DNA of 64,000 nucleotides from an uncultured Alphaproteobacteria bacterium (GCA_963805915.1 CAWDWD010000018.1:17737-81736); one strand, 5' to 3'. Shown: positions 1-11,032, counted from the stretch's first letter. A program made the numbers and translations. Notes: generated from the sequence alone by a model not told the origin.

Positions 1-451
1 TGGCGGCGGCGAGGACGGCTTCGGCGTGGCCGGGAACCTTGACCTTGCGCCAGATCTCGCGAACGACGCCCGCCTCGTCGATGAGGAACGTCGCGCGCTC
101 GACGCCCATGTACTTTCTGCCGTACATGCTCTTTTCGACCCACACCCCGAACGCCTCGGCCAGCGTCTTGTCGACGTCGGAGATGAGCGGAAAATTGAGG
201 CCGTGCTTGGCCTTGAACTTGTCATGGCTGGCGACCGGATCGATTGAGACGCCAACGACGGCAACGCCGGCTGCCGAGAACTCATCAATCTTGTCGCGGA
301 AGGCATGCGCCTCCTTGGTGCAGCCCGGCGTGTCGTCCTTGGGATAAAAGTACAAAACGGTCATCCCGCGCAGATCAGCATCGGACATCGTCGCGCCGTT
401 GTCGGCGGGGAGTGAAAATTGGGGCACCGTATCCCCGATTGAAAGGCTCAT
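1..451 (-). CDS. bcp: thioredoxin-dependent peroxiredoxin (Bcp / AhpC-TSA family); C-terminal end cut by window edge
   Basis: My own minus-strand translation from the ATG at 451-449 reads MSLSIGDTVPQFSLPADNGATMSDADLRGMTVLYFYPKDDTPGCTKEAHAFRDKIDEF..., with the PGCT peroxidatic-Cys motif. The frame stays open to position 1, so it is absent from the ORF track. Confidence 0.8.
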   Translation of the reverse strand, partial: MSLSIGDTVPQFSLPADNGATMSDADLRGMTVLYFYPKDDTPGCTKEAHAFRDKIDEFSAAGVAVVGVSIDPVASHDKFKAKHGLNFPLISDVDKTLAEAFGVWVEKSMYGRKYMGVERATFLIDEAGVVREIWRKVKVPGHAEAVLAAA

Positions 452-527
452 AAGACAATTTCCCATCACTGTGTGCAGCCCGCCGATCAGGATACAGATC
501 CGTCCCGGCCATTGGATCACCCGCGCA

Positions 528-3500
528 TCATCCGCGATGCGGGGCGGCGCGCCCGGACCTGTCGCCGGCATCGTCCTCGCGTCCTGGATCCGCCTCGCCG
601 ACGACGTCGCGGAAATGGTCGAAGACCAGCAAAGCGATCTGTCTCATTCGAGGCTCCAGGGCATCGAAATCAAGCCCGCCGATGCCGCGGAGCGCCGCGC
701 GCAGAACCTTCGCGGTATGTTCCGCGATGACGCCAGCGGAACCGGGCGGCTCTCTCAGCGTCAGGCGCAGGCGAGCCTGAAGCTGCCGCCACAGGCCTAG
801 AGCATCGATCAGATCCTCGGCGATGTCGGCCGGCAAGGCCCGCGACGCGCTGAGTGCGACAAGCGCCTCCATGGTATTGGTCGCGAGCACGTCGGGACAC
901 CGCTGCGCGTCGCGCAGTTGCAGGTACTGGGCGATGAACTCGATGTCGACGAGGCCGCCGCGGACGTACTTCGCGTCCCACACGCACTCGGTGTGGTGCT
1001 CACGATCGATCCGCGCGCGCATGTCGGCGACATCGGCGCGCAGGGCGTCCGTGCCGCGCGGACGCGTCAGGATTCCGCGAATCGCCCTTTCGATCTCTCC
1101 GATCAGGGCCGGCGGCCCGGCGATCACCCGCGCGCGGGTCAGCGCCATCTGCTCCCAGGTCCAGGCATTTTCTTCGTGATAGCGCACGAACGAGGCGAAG
1201 CTGGTCGCTATGGGTCCGGCGTTGCCCGACGGCCGTAGGCGCATATCGACCTCGTACAGCCGGCCTTCCGCGGTCGGCGCGCTCACCGCGTTGATGAACC
1301 GCTGGCTTAGCCGGGCGAAGTACTGGCTGACGGCAAGCGGCCGCGATCCGTCGGAGACGACGCCGTCATCGGGCGTCGCGTAGATGAAGATGAGGTCGAG
1401 ATCGGACTTGACGGTCATCTCCCGGCCGCCGAGTTTGCCCATGGCAACGATCGCCATCCCAGACCCCTTCACCCGGCCATGCAACCTGGCGAATTCGGCT
1501 TCGACGTGGGGCAGCAGCCCACGCAATGAGGCGTCGGCGACGTTGCTCCAGGCGAGTTGCGCCTCGCTCACGTCAAGCAGGCGATTGAGGCTCTGAACGC
1601 CGACCTGGAAATTGCGCTCACCGGCCCACCGCCGCGCCGCGTCGAGAAGCTCTTCGGGATCCCGGGCGCGGGCCAGCGCGCCGTCGAGCTCGATCCGCAG
1701 ATCGGCGGCGGTCGGCGGCTCCTGGAAAAAATCCGCCGAAAGAACGCTTTCCAGCACCGCCGGACGCTGCGCCAGGGTCGCCGCCAAGTCCGGTGCGATG
1801 CCAATGATGTGGACCACCAGCTTGAGCAGCTCGGGGTTGGCGTGGAACATCGAGAACAATTGCACCCCCGCCGGCAGCCCGGTGAGGAACCGGTCGAACG
1901 TTACCAGCGTCGTATCGGCGTCGGGCGTATCGGCGAGTGCCAGCAGCAGAAACGGCATCAGTTCGGTCAACAGCTCGCGTGCCCGCGGGCTGCGCATCGA
2001 CCGGCAGCGGCCGTGATGCCAGCCGCGCACCGCCGCGTCGACCATCTCCGGCTTGGTGAAGCCCAGCCGCGCCAGCGTCGCCAGCGTGTCCGGATCCGGA
2101 TGGCCGCCGGTAAACACGAGGTTCCCGTCGATGTTCTCGGCGGTCAGGGGCGGCGCGTCCTCGAACAGATCGGCGTAGTGACTCTCGACGCGGCGCAGAT
2201 GGATCAGCAGTTCGGCGGCGAACGCGTCGGCGTCGGCAAAGCCGAGAAAGATCGCGAATGCCGCAAGGACCTTGGGATCCTCCGGCAGGGAGTGGGTCTG
2301 CTCGTCGTTGATCATTTGCAGGCGGTGTTCGACCCGGCGGAGGAAACGGTAGGTGTCGATCAGCTCGCCGGCGGCCTCGCCACCGATCTTGCCCGCGGTC
2401 GCCAGCCCCAGCAGCGTCTCGCAGGTGCCGGTCAGACGCAGCGCCGGAATCCGACCGCCCCAGATGAGCTGCTGCGTCTGGGCAAAGAACTCGATCTCGC
2501 GAATGCCGCCCCGGCCGAGCTTGATATTGTGCCCGGCGACGGCGATCTTGCCGCCGCCGCGGTGGGCGTGGATCTGGCGCTTGATCGAATGGACATCGCG
2601 AATGGCGGCGAAATCGAGATTTTTGCGCCAGATGAACGGGCGCAGCCATTCGAGAAAGCGCCAGCCCGCGTCGCGGTCGCCGGCGATCGGGCGGGCCTTG
2701 ATCATGGCCGCGCGTTCCCAGTTCTGGCCGAGTGTCTCGTAATAGACTTCGGCCGCCAGGACCGACATCGCCGGCGGCGTCGAGCCGGGATCCGGGCGCA
2801 GCCGGAGGTCGGTACGAAAGACGTAGCCGTCGGCAGTGCGGTGCGCCATGATTCGGATCAGGCCGCGAGCGAGGCGCACGAACCGGTTTTGCAGGTCGTC
2901 ACGCCGGGGCGTCGCGATGCACTCGGGGTCGTAGAACAAGATTAGATCGATGTCGCTGGAGTAATTAAGCTCGCCGGCGCCGAGCTTGCCCATGCCGAGC
3001 ACGATCAGGCCCGAGCCGACTTCGGGAGCGGCCGGGTCCGCCGGCTGGATGTCGAGCTGCTTCGCCAGTTCGCGGAGGAGAAAGGCGCAAGCGCAGCCCA
3101 GCGCGTCCTCGGCGAACCGAGAGAGCGCGGCGGTTACCTGTTCCACCGTCCATGCACCGGTGATGTCGGCGACCGCCGTCACCAGGGCCAGCTTGCGCTT
3201 TGCTGCGCGTAGCGCGCGCGACGGATCGCTTCCCGCCGCGGCGGTGGCGGCCGTCTCGGCGAGATCCCGCCTGATCGCCGCCAGCATCGCATCGGGACCG
3301 CCCGCGACCAGGCCCGCGAACCACGCCGGCTCGCGTTCGGCGAGGAACGTCAGATAGGGACTGTTGCCGAAAACCGCGTCGAACAGCCGCCGCGCCGAAG
3401 GCTCACCGACCAGTCTCGCCGCGGCAATACCAAGTGCATCGTCATCGGCAACCGCGACAGCGGAGGTCCACCGTTCAGTGCCGACCCGCGCGCGGTCGCG

Positions 3501-3557
3501 ATCGGCGGCGCGGGGAAGCCTGGCCTCGCAAGCTGTCAGCCAATTTGCCATGTTCAA
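528..3557 (-). CDS. glnE: bifunctional glutamine synthetase adenylyltransferase / adenylyl-removing enzyme
   Basis: 1009-aa ORF with two tandem nucleotidyltransferase halves (GMGKLGAGELNYSSDIDLILFY and AMGKLGGREMTVKSDLDLIFIY), as is typical of GlnE. Confidence 0.9.
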   Translation of the reverse strand: MNMANWLTACEARLPRAADRDRARVGTERWTSAVAVADDDALGIAAARLVGEPSARRLFDAVFGNSPYLTFLAEREPAWFAGLVAGGPDAMLAAIRRDLAETAATAAAGSDPSRALRAAKRKLALVTAVADITGAWTVEQVTAALSRFAEDALGCACAFLLRELAKQLDIQPADPAAPEVGSGLIVLGMGKLGAGELNYSSDIDLILFYDPECIATPRRDDLQNRFVRLARGLIRIMAHRTADGYVFRTDLRLRPDPGSTPPAMSVLAAEVYYETLGQNWERAAMIKARPIAGDRDAGWRFLEWLRPFIWRKNLDFAAIRDVHSIKRQIHAHRGGGKIAVAGHNIKLGRGGIREIEFFAQTQQLIWGGRIPALRLTGTCETLLGLATAGKIGGEAAGELIDTYRFLRRVEHRLQMINDEQTHSLPEDPKVLAAFAIFLGFADADAFAAELLIHLRRVESHYADLFEDAPPLTAENIDGNLVFTGGHPDPDTLATLARLGFTKPEMVDAAVRGWHHGRCRSMRSPRARELLTELMPFLLLALADTPDADTTLVTFDRFLTGLPAGVQLFSMFHANPELLKLVVHIIGIAPDLAATLAQRPAVLESVLSADFFQEPPTAADLRIELDGALARARDPEELLDAARRWAGERNFQVGVQSLNRLLDVSEAQLAWSNVADASLRGLLPHVEAEFARLHGRVKGSGMAIVAMGKLGGREMTVKSDLDLIFIYATPDDGVVSDGSRPLAVSQYFARLSQRFINAVSAPTAEGRLYEVDMRLRPSGNAGPIATSFASFVRYHEENAWTWEQMALTRARVIAGPPALIGEIERAIRGILTRPRGTDALRADVADMRARIDREHHTECVWDAKYVRGGLVDIEFIAQYLQLRDAQRCPDVLATNTMEALVALSASRALPADIAEDLIDALGLWRQLQARLRLTLREPPGSAGVIAEHTAKVLRAALRGIGGLDFDALEPRMRQIALLVFDHFRDVVGEADPGREDDAGDRSGRAAPHRG

Positions 3558-3649
3558 CCATCCTGCTTTGACGCAAACTGCTCGACCTGTCCGTCCGCCG
3601 TGGCGGCCCCGACGCGCCGTTTCCTCCTGTCATAAAGCCATCGAACCAG

Positions 3650-6600
3650 TTGCTCAAACGTACACTGCACTCGCTGTTCTATGTTTTGACCGGCATCGCC
3701 GTCGCGGTGCTGATTGCCTGCGCCTTGGCGGCGTGGCGGCTGTCCCAGGGGCCGGCGTCTCTGGCCTGGGCGGTGCCGAGCGTCGAATATCTCATAAACC
3801 GAACCAGCCAAGTCTTCAGCTATGACATCGACGATATTATCGTCTCGTGGGAGGGCTGGTCAGAGGGGCTGGATGTCCGCTTTGTCGGCGTTAGCGTCAG
3901 TGATCGGGATCGCCAGCCCGTCGCCCGGCTGCCGGAACTGTCGGTCGGGCTGAGCGCCGACGCGCTCCGCTCGCTGCGGCTGGCGCCGACCGAGATCCAT
4001 CTGTCCGCTCCGCGGCTCCGCCTCGTTCGCCGCACCAATGGCACACTTGAATTCGGTTTCGCCGAGAGCGAGGGCGGGACAACGCCGGTGCTGGATTTTC
4101 TCTCGGCCGCCCTGGCCGAGCCGCGTGATCCAAGCAACCCCTTCAGCTACCTCGAGAGCGTGACAATTTCCAACGGACGCTTCGTTTATCACGATCGCAA
4201 GCTCAACGCCTCGTGGCGCGGCCGCCTTTCAAACGCGCAATTGGTTCGTCATGACCGGCGCATGTCCTTCCAAGGTACGTTCGAGTTCTCGGCCGGCCAG
4301 GAGGTTGCCGGGCTGGAATTGCATGGTTCGTTGGATAGCTCGACCAAGACACTGGCGGCGCGCGCGACATTCCAGGGGTTTCGGCCCTCGGACTTTGCCC
4401 CCGTCGGGGCGGCCTTCGCTCCGCTCGCGGCCGTCGATGTGCCATTGGACGGCATTGTCTCGCTGGTCACCGACGACACCGGCACGCTGAAGCAGGCGGA
4501 CGTCGACGTCCGCGGCGGCAACGGGCGCCTGGCGCTGACCACCGAACTCGCCGGGCAACTTGGAGTGGCGCACGCGGCTCAGGAACTGGGCGTGCGGGCG
4601 GTGGATTTGGCCGGCCGTTACGACGCCGGCGCGGGTGATGTGGAGGTCCGCTCGTTCGCCGTCACGTTTGATGAAGGCACGACGCTTCGGGTGCCAGAGC
4701 CGCTCGACCAGGAGTTTCCGCTGGCCGCGATCAAGGGGCGAGGCGGCTACCGTATCGCCGACGACAGGATTAGCGTCGATGCCCTGAATCTGGATCTCGC
4801 CGGGCCAACCGTGAGTGTCGAAGGCCATGTCGACCAACTCAGCGCCGCGACGATCGGCGAGGCCGTCCTCAAGATCGGCCGGGTCAATGGCGACAGCTTG
4901 GCAACATACTGGCCAAAGATCGTCGCCCCGGGAGCGCGCAAGTGGTGCCTCGCCCACCTCTCCGGCGGAGCGCTGGTGCAGGGCGAGGTTCGCCTCGCCT
5001 TTGCCCCCGCCGCCGGCAGCCTTGACGTAACGGAGCTGAACGGGACGATGAAGGCGGCGGGCGTGACGGTGGACTATCTGCCGCCGGCGCCGCCGGTGCG
5101 CAATGCCGCGGCGACGGCGAGCTTCAATCTGCGCCGGTTCGATCTCGCCATCACCAGGGCCGAAGCGGGCGGGTTGACGCTGAGCGACGGCTCCGCCGTC
5201 ATTCCCGACCTCGACGTGCCGGTGTCTCACCTGAACCTGGATCTTGGCCTGAAAGGGCGGGTGCCCGATGTATTGACCTTTCTTGCCGGCGAGCCCTTCG
5301 GGTTTACCAAGGACATCGGCTTCGACCCTAGGGAAACCCGCGGCAATGCAACCGCGCGGCTGCGGCTCGGGTTGCCGCTGGTCGAAGATCCGGAAATCAA
5401 GGACATGACGCTGGCTGCCACCGCCGACGTCAGCGACCTCTACATTACCGGCGCGCTTCTCGGCGGCGACGTGACAAGCGGCAATTTGCACATCTCGCTC
5501 GACGACAAGGCCATGGACATCGTCGGCCAGGCAGCCTTCGAGAACGTGCCGGGGCGGGTCGCGTGGCATGAGAACTTCGCCGGCAAGCCACGCTTCGTTC
5601 GCCAAATTGATGTGGCCTTTCCGGCTCTGCGCGCGGCGACCTTGCGCAAGATCAAGCCGGAGGTCATCGCCATCGTCGAACAATGGGTCAAGGGCCCCGT
5701 CGGCGCCAAGGCCCGGGTTACCTTTCGCAGCGAGCGCGATATCGTTTTCGATGCCGATGTCGATGGCACGAACACGGCAATGGTTTTTCCCAGCCTAGGC
5801 TGGACCAAGGCACGCGGGCAGCGTGCGTTCGCTCACGTGCGTGGACGACTGGCCGGCGACCACCTCGTCGAAATCGCTCCGGCGTCGCTCTCGGCCGCCG
5901 GGTTGGAGGCCGCCGGCTCGGCGAAGTTCGGTCGAGACGGCGGGCTCGAGAGAGCGATCGTCGATCATCTCAAAAGCGGCAAGACCGACAGCTCGGCAAT
6001 CCTGACCCTGATGCCGGACACGGGCTGGGATTTGACCATCGGTGGCGCCGGCCTCGATCTCGGGCCGGCAATTCGGGAGGTTACTGGCGAGGGCGATGGC
6101 GGAGGCAAGACCGGAGCCGATACTCATTTTGACACATTTACCTTTTCCGCCGATCTCGATCGGTTGTGGCTGGGCAGCAAGACACCTATCCAGGCCGTCA
6201 CCGGCACGGTCGTTCGCGACAAGAAAACCTTCGCACTCGTTCAGCTCGCGGGCGTGGTCGGTCAGGGCGATCCGGTCACCGTTGACATCGGTCCCGGGTC
6301 GCCGGGCCCGCGGACGCTGCGCATCCGCGCCGAGGACGCCGGCTCGGGCTTGCGCGCGCTCAACATCTTTTCGGATATGGTTGGCGGCAAGCTGAGGGTC
6401 GACGGAACGTTCGACGATACCCGGCCGGACGAGCCCCTCGAAGGGACACTGAAGACAAAGAACTTCCGCATGATTCGCCAGCCGATCCTGGCGCGAATCC
6501 TCAATGTCATGGCGCTAACGGGAATTCTTGACCTCCTGCGCGGCGAGGGCATCGCGTTTTCGACTTTGGATGTTCCTTTTACCTTTCGCGACGGCATCCT

Positions 6601-6967
6601 CGATCTCACCGAGGCCAAAATGCACGGCAACTCCATGGGCATCACCGCGTCGGGGACCTACAACGTCAATAAGGACCTGATCGACATCAGGGGCACCCTG
6701 GTCCCGTTCTATTTCATCAACTCGCTGTTCGGCCGGCTGCCGATCATCGGCCGCCTGTTCAGTGGCGGGGAGAGGGGCGGCGGCCTCTTCGCCGCGCGCT
6801 ATTCGGTCACCGGAAATGCCGACGATCCGGACATCTCCGTCAACCCGATCAGCGCGCTGGCGCCGGGCGTCCTTCGCAACCTCTTTGGGCTTTTCGACGG
6901 CTCGCCCAACTCCACCAGCGGCACTCCGCGCATCGCGCCCGAACCGCAGCCTCGGCACAGCCCGTAA
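3650..6967 (+). CDS. AsmA-family / DUF3971 (YhdP-like) large envelope protein
   Basis: 1105-aa ORF with a TTG start and an N-terminal TM anchor (LFYVLTGIAVAVLIACALAAW), followed by a long beta-rich body. The C-terminal segment resembles AsmA-like C-terminal regions. Confidence 0.6.
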   Translation: MLKRTLHSLFYVLTGIAVAVLIACALAAWRLSQGPASLAWAVPSVEYLINRTSQVFSYDIDDIIVSWEGWSEGLDVRFVGVSVSDRDRQPVARLPELSVGLSADALRSLRLAPTEIHLSAPRLRLVRRTNGTLEFGFAESEGGTTPVLDFLSAALAEPRDPSNPFSYLESVTISNGRFVYHDRKLNASWRGRLSNAQLVRHDRRMSFQGTFEFSAGQEVAGLELHGSLDSSTKTLAARATFQGFRPSDFAPVGAAFAPLAAVDVPLDGIVSLVTDDTGTLKQADVDVRGGNGRLALTTELAGQLGVAHAAQELGVRAVDLAGRYDAGAGDVEVRSFAVTFDEGTTLRVPEPLDQEFPLAAIKGRGGYRIADDRISVDALNLDLAGPTVSVEGHVDQLSAATIGEAVLKIGRVNGDSLATYWPKIVAPGARKWCLAHLSGGALVQGEVRLAFAPAAGSLDVTELNGTMKAAGVTVDYLPPAPPVRNAAATASFNLRRFDLAITRAEAGGLTLSDGSAVIPDLDVPVSHLNLDLGLKGRVPDVLTFLAGEPFGFTKDIGFDPRETRGNATARLRLGLPLVEDPEIKDMTLAATADVSDLYITGALLGGDVTSGNLHISLDDKAMDIVGQAAFENVPGRVAWHENFAGKPRFVRQIDVAFPALRAATLRKIKPEVIAIVEQWVKGPVGAKARVTFRSERDIVFDADVDGTNTAMVFPSLGWTKARGQRAFAHVRGRLAGDHLVEIAPASLSAAGLEAAGSAKFGRDGGLERAIVDHLKSGKTDSSAILTLMPDTGWDLTIGGAGLDLGPAIREVTGEGDGGGKTGADTHFDTFTFSADLDRLWLGSKTPIQAVTGTVVRDKKTFALVQLAGVVGQGDPVTVDIGPGSPGPRTLRIRAEDAGSGLRALNIFSDMVGGKLRVDGTFDDTRPDEPLEGTLKTKNFRMIRQPILARILNVMALTGILDLLRGEGIAFSTLDVPFTFRDGILDLTEAKMHGNSMGITASGTYNVNKDLIDIRGTLVPFYFINSLFGRLPIIGRLFSGGERGGGLFAARYSVTGNADDPDISVNPISALAPGVLRNLFGLFDGSPNSTSGTPRIAPEPQPRHSP

Positions 6968-6971
6968 AAGG

Positions 6972-6997
6972 ACGCGCCGCTTCCTTAAGCGGCGGCG
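6972..6997. terminator. bidirectional hairpin between convergent genes
   Basis: CGCCGCTT-cctt-AAGCGGCG (6975-6994) is an 8-bp GC-rich stem. It lies between the stop of the AsmA-like gene and overlaps the stop of the hemerythrin gene. Confidence 0.45.
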
Positions 6998-7416
6998 TGA
7001 GTGGACAGCCTTTCCAGGTAGGGCCTTAGTTTCATGTCGTCGCCGAGGACATGCTGGAGCAGCCAGCCCGAGAGAAAATCGTAAAAGCCGTGCATGTCGA
7101 ACTCGTCGGGCGCGGCGCGGAAGGCCTGGCGGCGCTCCCACATCTTTTCCGCTAGCCAGCGGTGCGCGGCACGGTGCGCGGCGAAATCCGGGTAGTCGCT
7201 GCGCTCCATCAACATTTCTTCGCGGGCAAAATGGGTCTCTGTGTAGTCTACCAACTCGTCGAGTACGCTGGCGACGCCGCACCTGTCATCCCCCGCCATG
7301 ACCGTGTAGTGCAGGCAGTTCAGCAGGCCGACCAGCTTTTTGTGGTCGGCATCGATCGCGGGGATCCCCAACTGCATTGCCGATTGCCAACGGAGAACTG
7401 TCACCCTCTCCTCCAA
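6985..7416 (-). CDS. bacteriohemerythrin-family protein
   Basis: 143 aa. LGIPAIDADHKKLVGLLN ... HFAREEMLM ... HRAAHRWL gives the His/Asp-rich hemerythrin metal-ligand pattern. Confidence 0.8.
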   Translation of the reverse strand: MEERVTVLRWQSAMQLGIPAIDADHKKLVGLLNCLHYTVMAGDDRCGVASVLDELVDYTETHFAREEMLMERSDYPDFAAHRAAHRWLAEKMWERRQAFRAAPDEFDMHGFYDFLSGWLLQHVLGDDMKLRPYLERLSTHAAA

Positions 7417-7534
7417 ATCATTACGCTGGGGCTTATACTCCCCTAGGCTGATATGCTAGCCGAGCCGTTCGGTAAATACAAAGCCGTGCGCGCATAGCTG
7501 CTGTGCACAAATTGCGGATCAGGCTTTTCCAGCC

Positions 7535-8791
7535 TCAGCCGACCCGCAGCAGCGCATGCCGCTTCTTGCCCACGGACAGCTTGATTACGCCGTCGCCATC
7601 GAGATCGGCGGCGGTGATCGCGCGGGTTTCGTCGGTGACCGCTTCATTGTTCACGCGCGCGCCGCCGGCCTTGATCATCCGCCGCGCTTCGCTGTTGGTC
7701 GCGACTAGGCCGGCGCGGCGGAAGGCCTCGATCGCGGCGAGTCCGCCGTCAAGTTCGTCGCGCCCGACAGTGACGGTGGGCAGGTCTTCGCCCGCGGCGC
7801 CGGCGGAAAAGGTCCTGCGCGCGGTCTCGGCCGCAGAGGCGCGCGCCTTCTCGCCATGGCATAGCCGGGTCGCCTCGTCGGCGAGCACGGCCTTGGCCTC
7901 GTTGATGGCCACGCCTTCGCGCGCTTCCAACTCGGCGATGGTTGCCAGCGGCAGTTCGGTGAACAACCGGAGGAAATGGCCGACATCCGCGTCCTCCGTA
8001 TTGCGCCAGTATTGCCAGTAGTCGTAGGGCGACAGCATATCGGCGCTGAGCCAGACCGCGCCAGCGGCGGTCTTGCCCATCTTCGCGCCCGACGCGGTGG
8101 TGAGGAGCGGCGTGGTCAGGCCGAACAGCGATCGGCCATCGACGCGCCGCGCAAGCTCGATCCCGCCGACGATGTTCCCCCACTGGTCCGAGCCGCCCAT
8201 CTGCAGGACGCAATCGCGCCCACGGGCCAGCTCGAGAAAATCATAGGCCTGCAGGATCATATAGTTGAATTCGAGGAAGCTGAGTGGCTGTTCGCGCTCC
8301 AGCCGCAGCTTCACCGAGTCGAAGCCGAGCATCCGGTTGATCGAGAAGTGCCGGCCGTAGTCGCGCAGGAACTCGATGTAGGCAAGGCCGTCGAGCCAGT
8401 CGGCGTTGTTGACCATGACCGCGTCGGTCGGCCCGTCGCCGAAACGGAGATAGCGCGAGAACACCCGGCGGATGCCGGCCATGTTAGCGGCGATATTGGC
8501 GTCGCTCAGCAGCATCCGCGCCTCGTCGCGGCCCGTCGGGTCACCGATCTTGGTCGTGCCGCCGCCCATCAGCACGATCGGCTTGTGGCCGGCGCGCTGG
8601 AACGTCCGCAGCAGCATGATCGAGACCAGGCTGCCGACGTGCAGACTGGGCGCGGTGCAGTCGAAGCCGATATAGCCGACCAGCGGCGGGCCGGCGGCAG
8701 CGGCCGCGTCGACCTGGCCGAGATCGGTGCACTGGTGAAGGAAGCCGCGCTCGACGACGGTCTGAACGAAGCTGGAACGATGGGAGGTCAT
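7535..8791 (-). CDS. tyrS: tyrosine--tRNA ligase
   Basis: Class I signatures are present: a HIGH-like SLHVGSL and KMSKS-like KMGKT. There is a C-terminal S4-like domain. I placed the start at the internal ATG ([23 protein letters not shown]) rather than at the ORF-track start. Confidence 0.88.
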   Translation of the reverse strand: MTSHRSSFVQTVVERGFLHQCTDLGQVDAAAAAGPPLVGYIGFDCTAPSLHVGSLVSIMLLRTFQRAGHKPIVLMGGGTTKIGDPTGRDEARMLLSDANIAANMAGIRRVFSRYLRFGDGPTDAVMVNNADWLDGLAYIEFLRDYGRHFSINRMLGFDSVKLRLEREQPLSFLEFNYMILQAYDFLELARGRDCVLQMGGSDQWGNIVGGIELARRVDGRSLFGLTTPLLTTASGAKMGKTAAGAVWLSADMLSPYDYWQYWRNTEDADVGHFLRLFTELPLATIAELEAREGVAINEAKAVLADEATRLCHGEKARASAAETARRTFSAGAAGEDLPTVTVGRDELDGGLAAIEAFRRAGLVATNSEARRMIKAGGARVNNEAVTDETRAITAADLDGDGVIKLSVGKKRHALLRVG

Positions 8792-8898
8792 GGTGTGAAC
8801 TGCCGTGGCTCGCGGAAATGACGTATGATGCCGGCGAATGCGGGACCGCACCCGCTTGCCGCGCAACTGAAAGTGGACTGATCAGCCGGATGGTTAGC

Positions 8899-10114
8899 AT
8901 GACCGCGAGCAACCAACAACGCATACAACAACGCATAGAGGTCGACGACGACCCAACCGCCGAGCTCGCCCGGGGACCGGCGGCGCGGCCGCTGGTCGCG
9001 ATCGGGCTGATGAGCGGGACCTCGCTCGACGGCATCGACGCGGCGCTGATCACGACCGACGGCGAACGCGTAACGAAGTTCGCCGCCGCCGCGACCGTGG
9101 CGTATCCGCCTGAGTTCCGCGCCCGGTTGCGTCGGCTCCTCGGCCGCGCGCCGCGGCCGGAAGACGCCGAGGTCATCGCCGAGCTGACCGACCGCCACGC
9201 CGACGCGGTCGCGCGTCTGCTCATGCTTGCCGGGCCGCGAGGCGGGCGGGATCGATGTCATCGGCTTTCATGGCCAGACCGTGCTCCACCGCCCGGACGC
9301 GGGCGAGACCATTCAGATCGGCGACGGCCGCCGTCTGGCGACCAGAACCGGCATCGCCGTGGTCGAACAGTTCCGCGCCGCCGACGTCGGCGCCGGCGGC
9401 CAGGGCGCCCCGTTCGCGCCGCTCTACCACGCAGCACTGGCGCGCGAGCTGGCCAAACCGGTCGCGATCGTCAATATCGGCGGCGTCGCCAATGTCACCT
9501 GGATCGGCCCCGCCGAGGCGGGCAGCGAGCGTGGCGGCGAAGCGCCGGTGCTGGCCTTCGACACCGGGCCGGGGAACGCCCTGATCGACGACTGGGTCGC
9601 GGCAAGGCAGGGCCTAGCGATGGACGAGGACGGCCGCCTCGCCGCCGCCGGCCGCGTCGACGAGGCTTTGCTCGAAATCTTGCTCGCCCATCCCTACTTC
9701 GCGGCGACACCGCCGAAATCCCTGGACCGGGAAGACTTCGCGGGCGCGCTCGACACCCTTGCGCCGTTGGCCGCAGCCGACGGTGCGGCGACGTTGAGCG
9801 CGTTGACCGCGCGCAGCATCGCCGCCGCGCGCGCCTTCATGCCGGCGGCGCCGGCAAGGTGGCTCATCTGCGGCGGCGGCCGGCGCAACCCGGTCCTGCT
9901 TGCCCAACTGGCTGACGCCGTGGCCGCGCCGGTCGCCGCCGTCGAGACAGTCGGCTGGCGCGGCGACTCGCTGGAGGCTGAGGCCTTCGCCTTTCTTGCC
10001 GTGCGGTCGCTGAAACGTCTGCCGCTGAGCTTGCCGACCACGACCGGAGTCGCCAAACCGCTCACCGGCGGCGTACTCCGTCGCCCATGTCAGAACCAAT
10101 CGGCATGTTCTTAG
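8899..10114 (+). pseudogene. anmK: anhydro-N-acetylmuramic acid kinase, reading frame broken once (about 9232)
   Basis: The N-terminal ATP-binding motif IGLMSGTSLDGIDAALI lies in the frame of ORF 8818. The remainder (GIDVIGFHGQTVLHRP...GGGRRNPVLL) lies in the frame of ORF 9227. Deleting one G from GGG at 9232-9234 gives a continuous ...LLMLAGREAGGIDVIGFHGQ. Confidence 0.8.
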
Positions 10115-10118
10115 CGTC

Positions 10119-10439
10119 GTGGCGTGGCTAATCCTGATCACCGCGGGGCTGTTCGAGGTCGGCTGGGCGGTCGGGCTGAAGTACACCGAAGGCTTCACGC
10201 GCCCGGGACCGACGGCATGGACCGTCGCCAGCATGATCGTCAGCCTCGCTTTGCTCGGGCTCGCGCTCAAATCGCTGCCCCTCGGGACGGCCTACGCGGT
10301 GTGGACCGGAGTAGGCACCGTCGGCACCGCCATCGCCGGGATCATCTTGTTCGCCGAACCGGCCGAGGCGGGGCGCCTCGTCTGCATCGGCTTGATCGTA
10401 GCCGGCATCGTCGGGCTCAAGCTGGTCTCGGCCCCTTGA
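10119..10439 (+). CDS. sugE: SMR-family small multidrug/guanidinium exporter (SugE/Gdx-like)
   Basis: 106 aa with 4 TM segments. The conserved Glu sits in TM1 ([15 protein letters not shown]). GTG start. Confidence 0.85.
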   Translation: MAWLILITAGLFEVGWAVGLKYTEGFTRPGPTAWTVASMIVSLALLGLALKSLPLGTAYAVWTGVGTVGTAIAGIILFAEPAEAGRLVCIGLIVAGIVGLKLVSAP

Positions 10440-10524
10440 AGCGGTGCTGCTTCGCGTGGATGGTTGGACGCGCCGGCCGCACGTGGCCCCATTTTCCGGA
10501 TCGGACCTTAAAGGGAGTGCAAGC

Positions 10525-11028
10525 ATGAAAAAATCCAGGGCCGTCCGGCTCGTTCTCCTCGGCGGCGCCGGGGCAGCGCTCGCGGCTTGCGATCAGGCGC
10601 CGCCGCCGGACGCGCGGTTCTATACCAATGCCGCCGAGTGCGCGCCCATCCAGGGCGAGGCAGCCTGCGAGCAGGCGTTCGCCGAAAGCAAGGCGGACTT
10701 CGCCGCCGAGGCGCCGCAATTCGCCCGCAAGGAGGAATGTGAAGCCGAGTTCGGCGCCGGCAACTGCGAGACCCGCGCCTCGGGCTCGGGCGGCGGTTTC
10801 TTCATGCCGATGATGATGGGCTACATGCTGGGCAGCGCGTTCCGCCAGCCGGTCTATCGCGGTCCCGACAACAGCGCGATGGTGCGCACCGGCGGCTCGT
10901 CATATTCGGTCGGCCGCTTCAATGGTATCGGCCGGGCCGCGGCCTTTCAGCCGGGGCAGGTCACCCGGGTCCAGCGCGGCGGCTTCGGCTCCACCGCGTC
11001 TTCGTATCGTTCCTCGGCGGGAGGCTGA
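10525..11028 (+). CDS. DUF1190 (YgiB/YjfM-like) lipoprotein
   Basis: MKKSRAVRLVLLGGAGAALAAC gives a lipobox. The pattern Y.N...C...C..AF...AP.F....EC.AEFG.G.C and the C-terminal RGGFGS match my memory of E. coli YgiB. Confidence 0.7.
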   Translation: MKKSRAVRLVLLGGAGAALAACDQAPPPDARFYTNAAECAPIQGEAACEQAFAESKADFAAEAPQFARKEECEAEFGAGNCETRASGSGGGFFMPMMMGYMLGSAFRQPVYRGPDNSAMVRTGGSSYSVGRFNGIGRAAAFQPGQVTRVQRGGFGSTASSYRSSAGG

Positions 11029-11032
11029 GCCC

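Noticed and set aside
1557-2945. Long antisense or overlapping ORFs in GC-rich genes (for example 1557..2945, 4229..5683, 12372..13397, 12860..14611, 16412..17386, 18494..19468, 20300..21781, 21785..22798, 28936..30069)
   Set aside because: They lie opposite or out of frame to genes with clear family motifs. Their translations are Arg/Ala/Gly/Pro-rich and typical of shadow ORFs in high-GC DNA.
10112-10120. Guanidine riboswitch upstream of sugE
   Set aside because: sugE starts 4 nt after the anmK stop, so there is no room for a leader.
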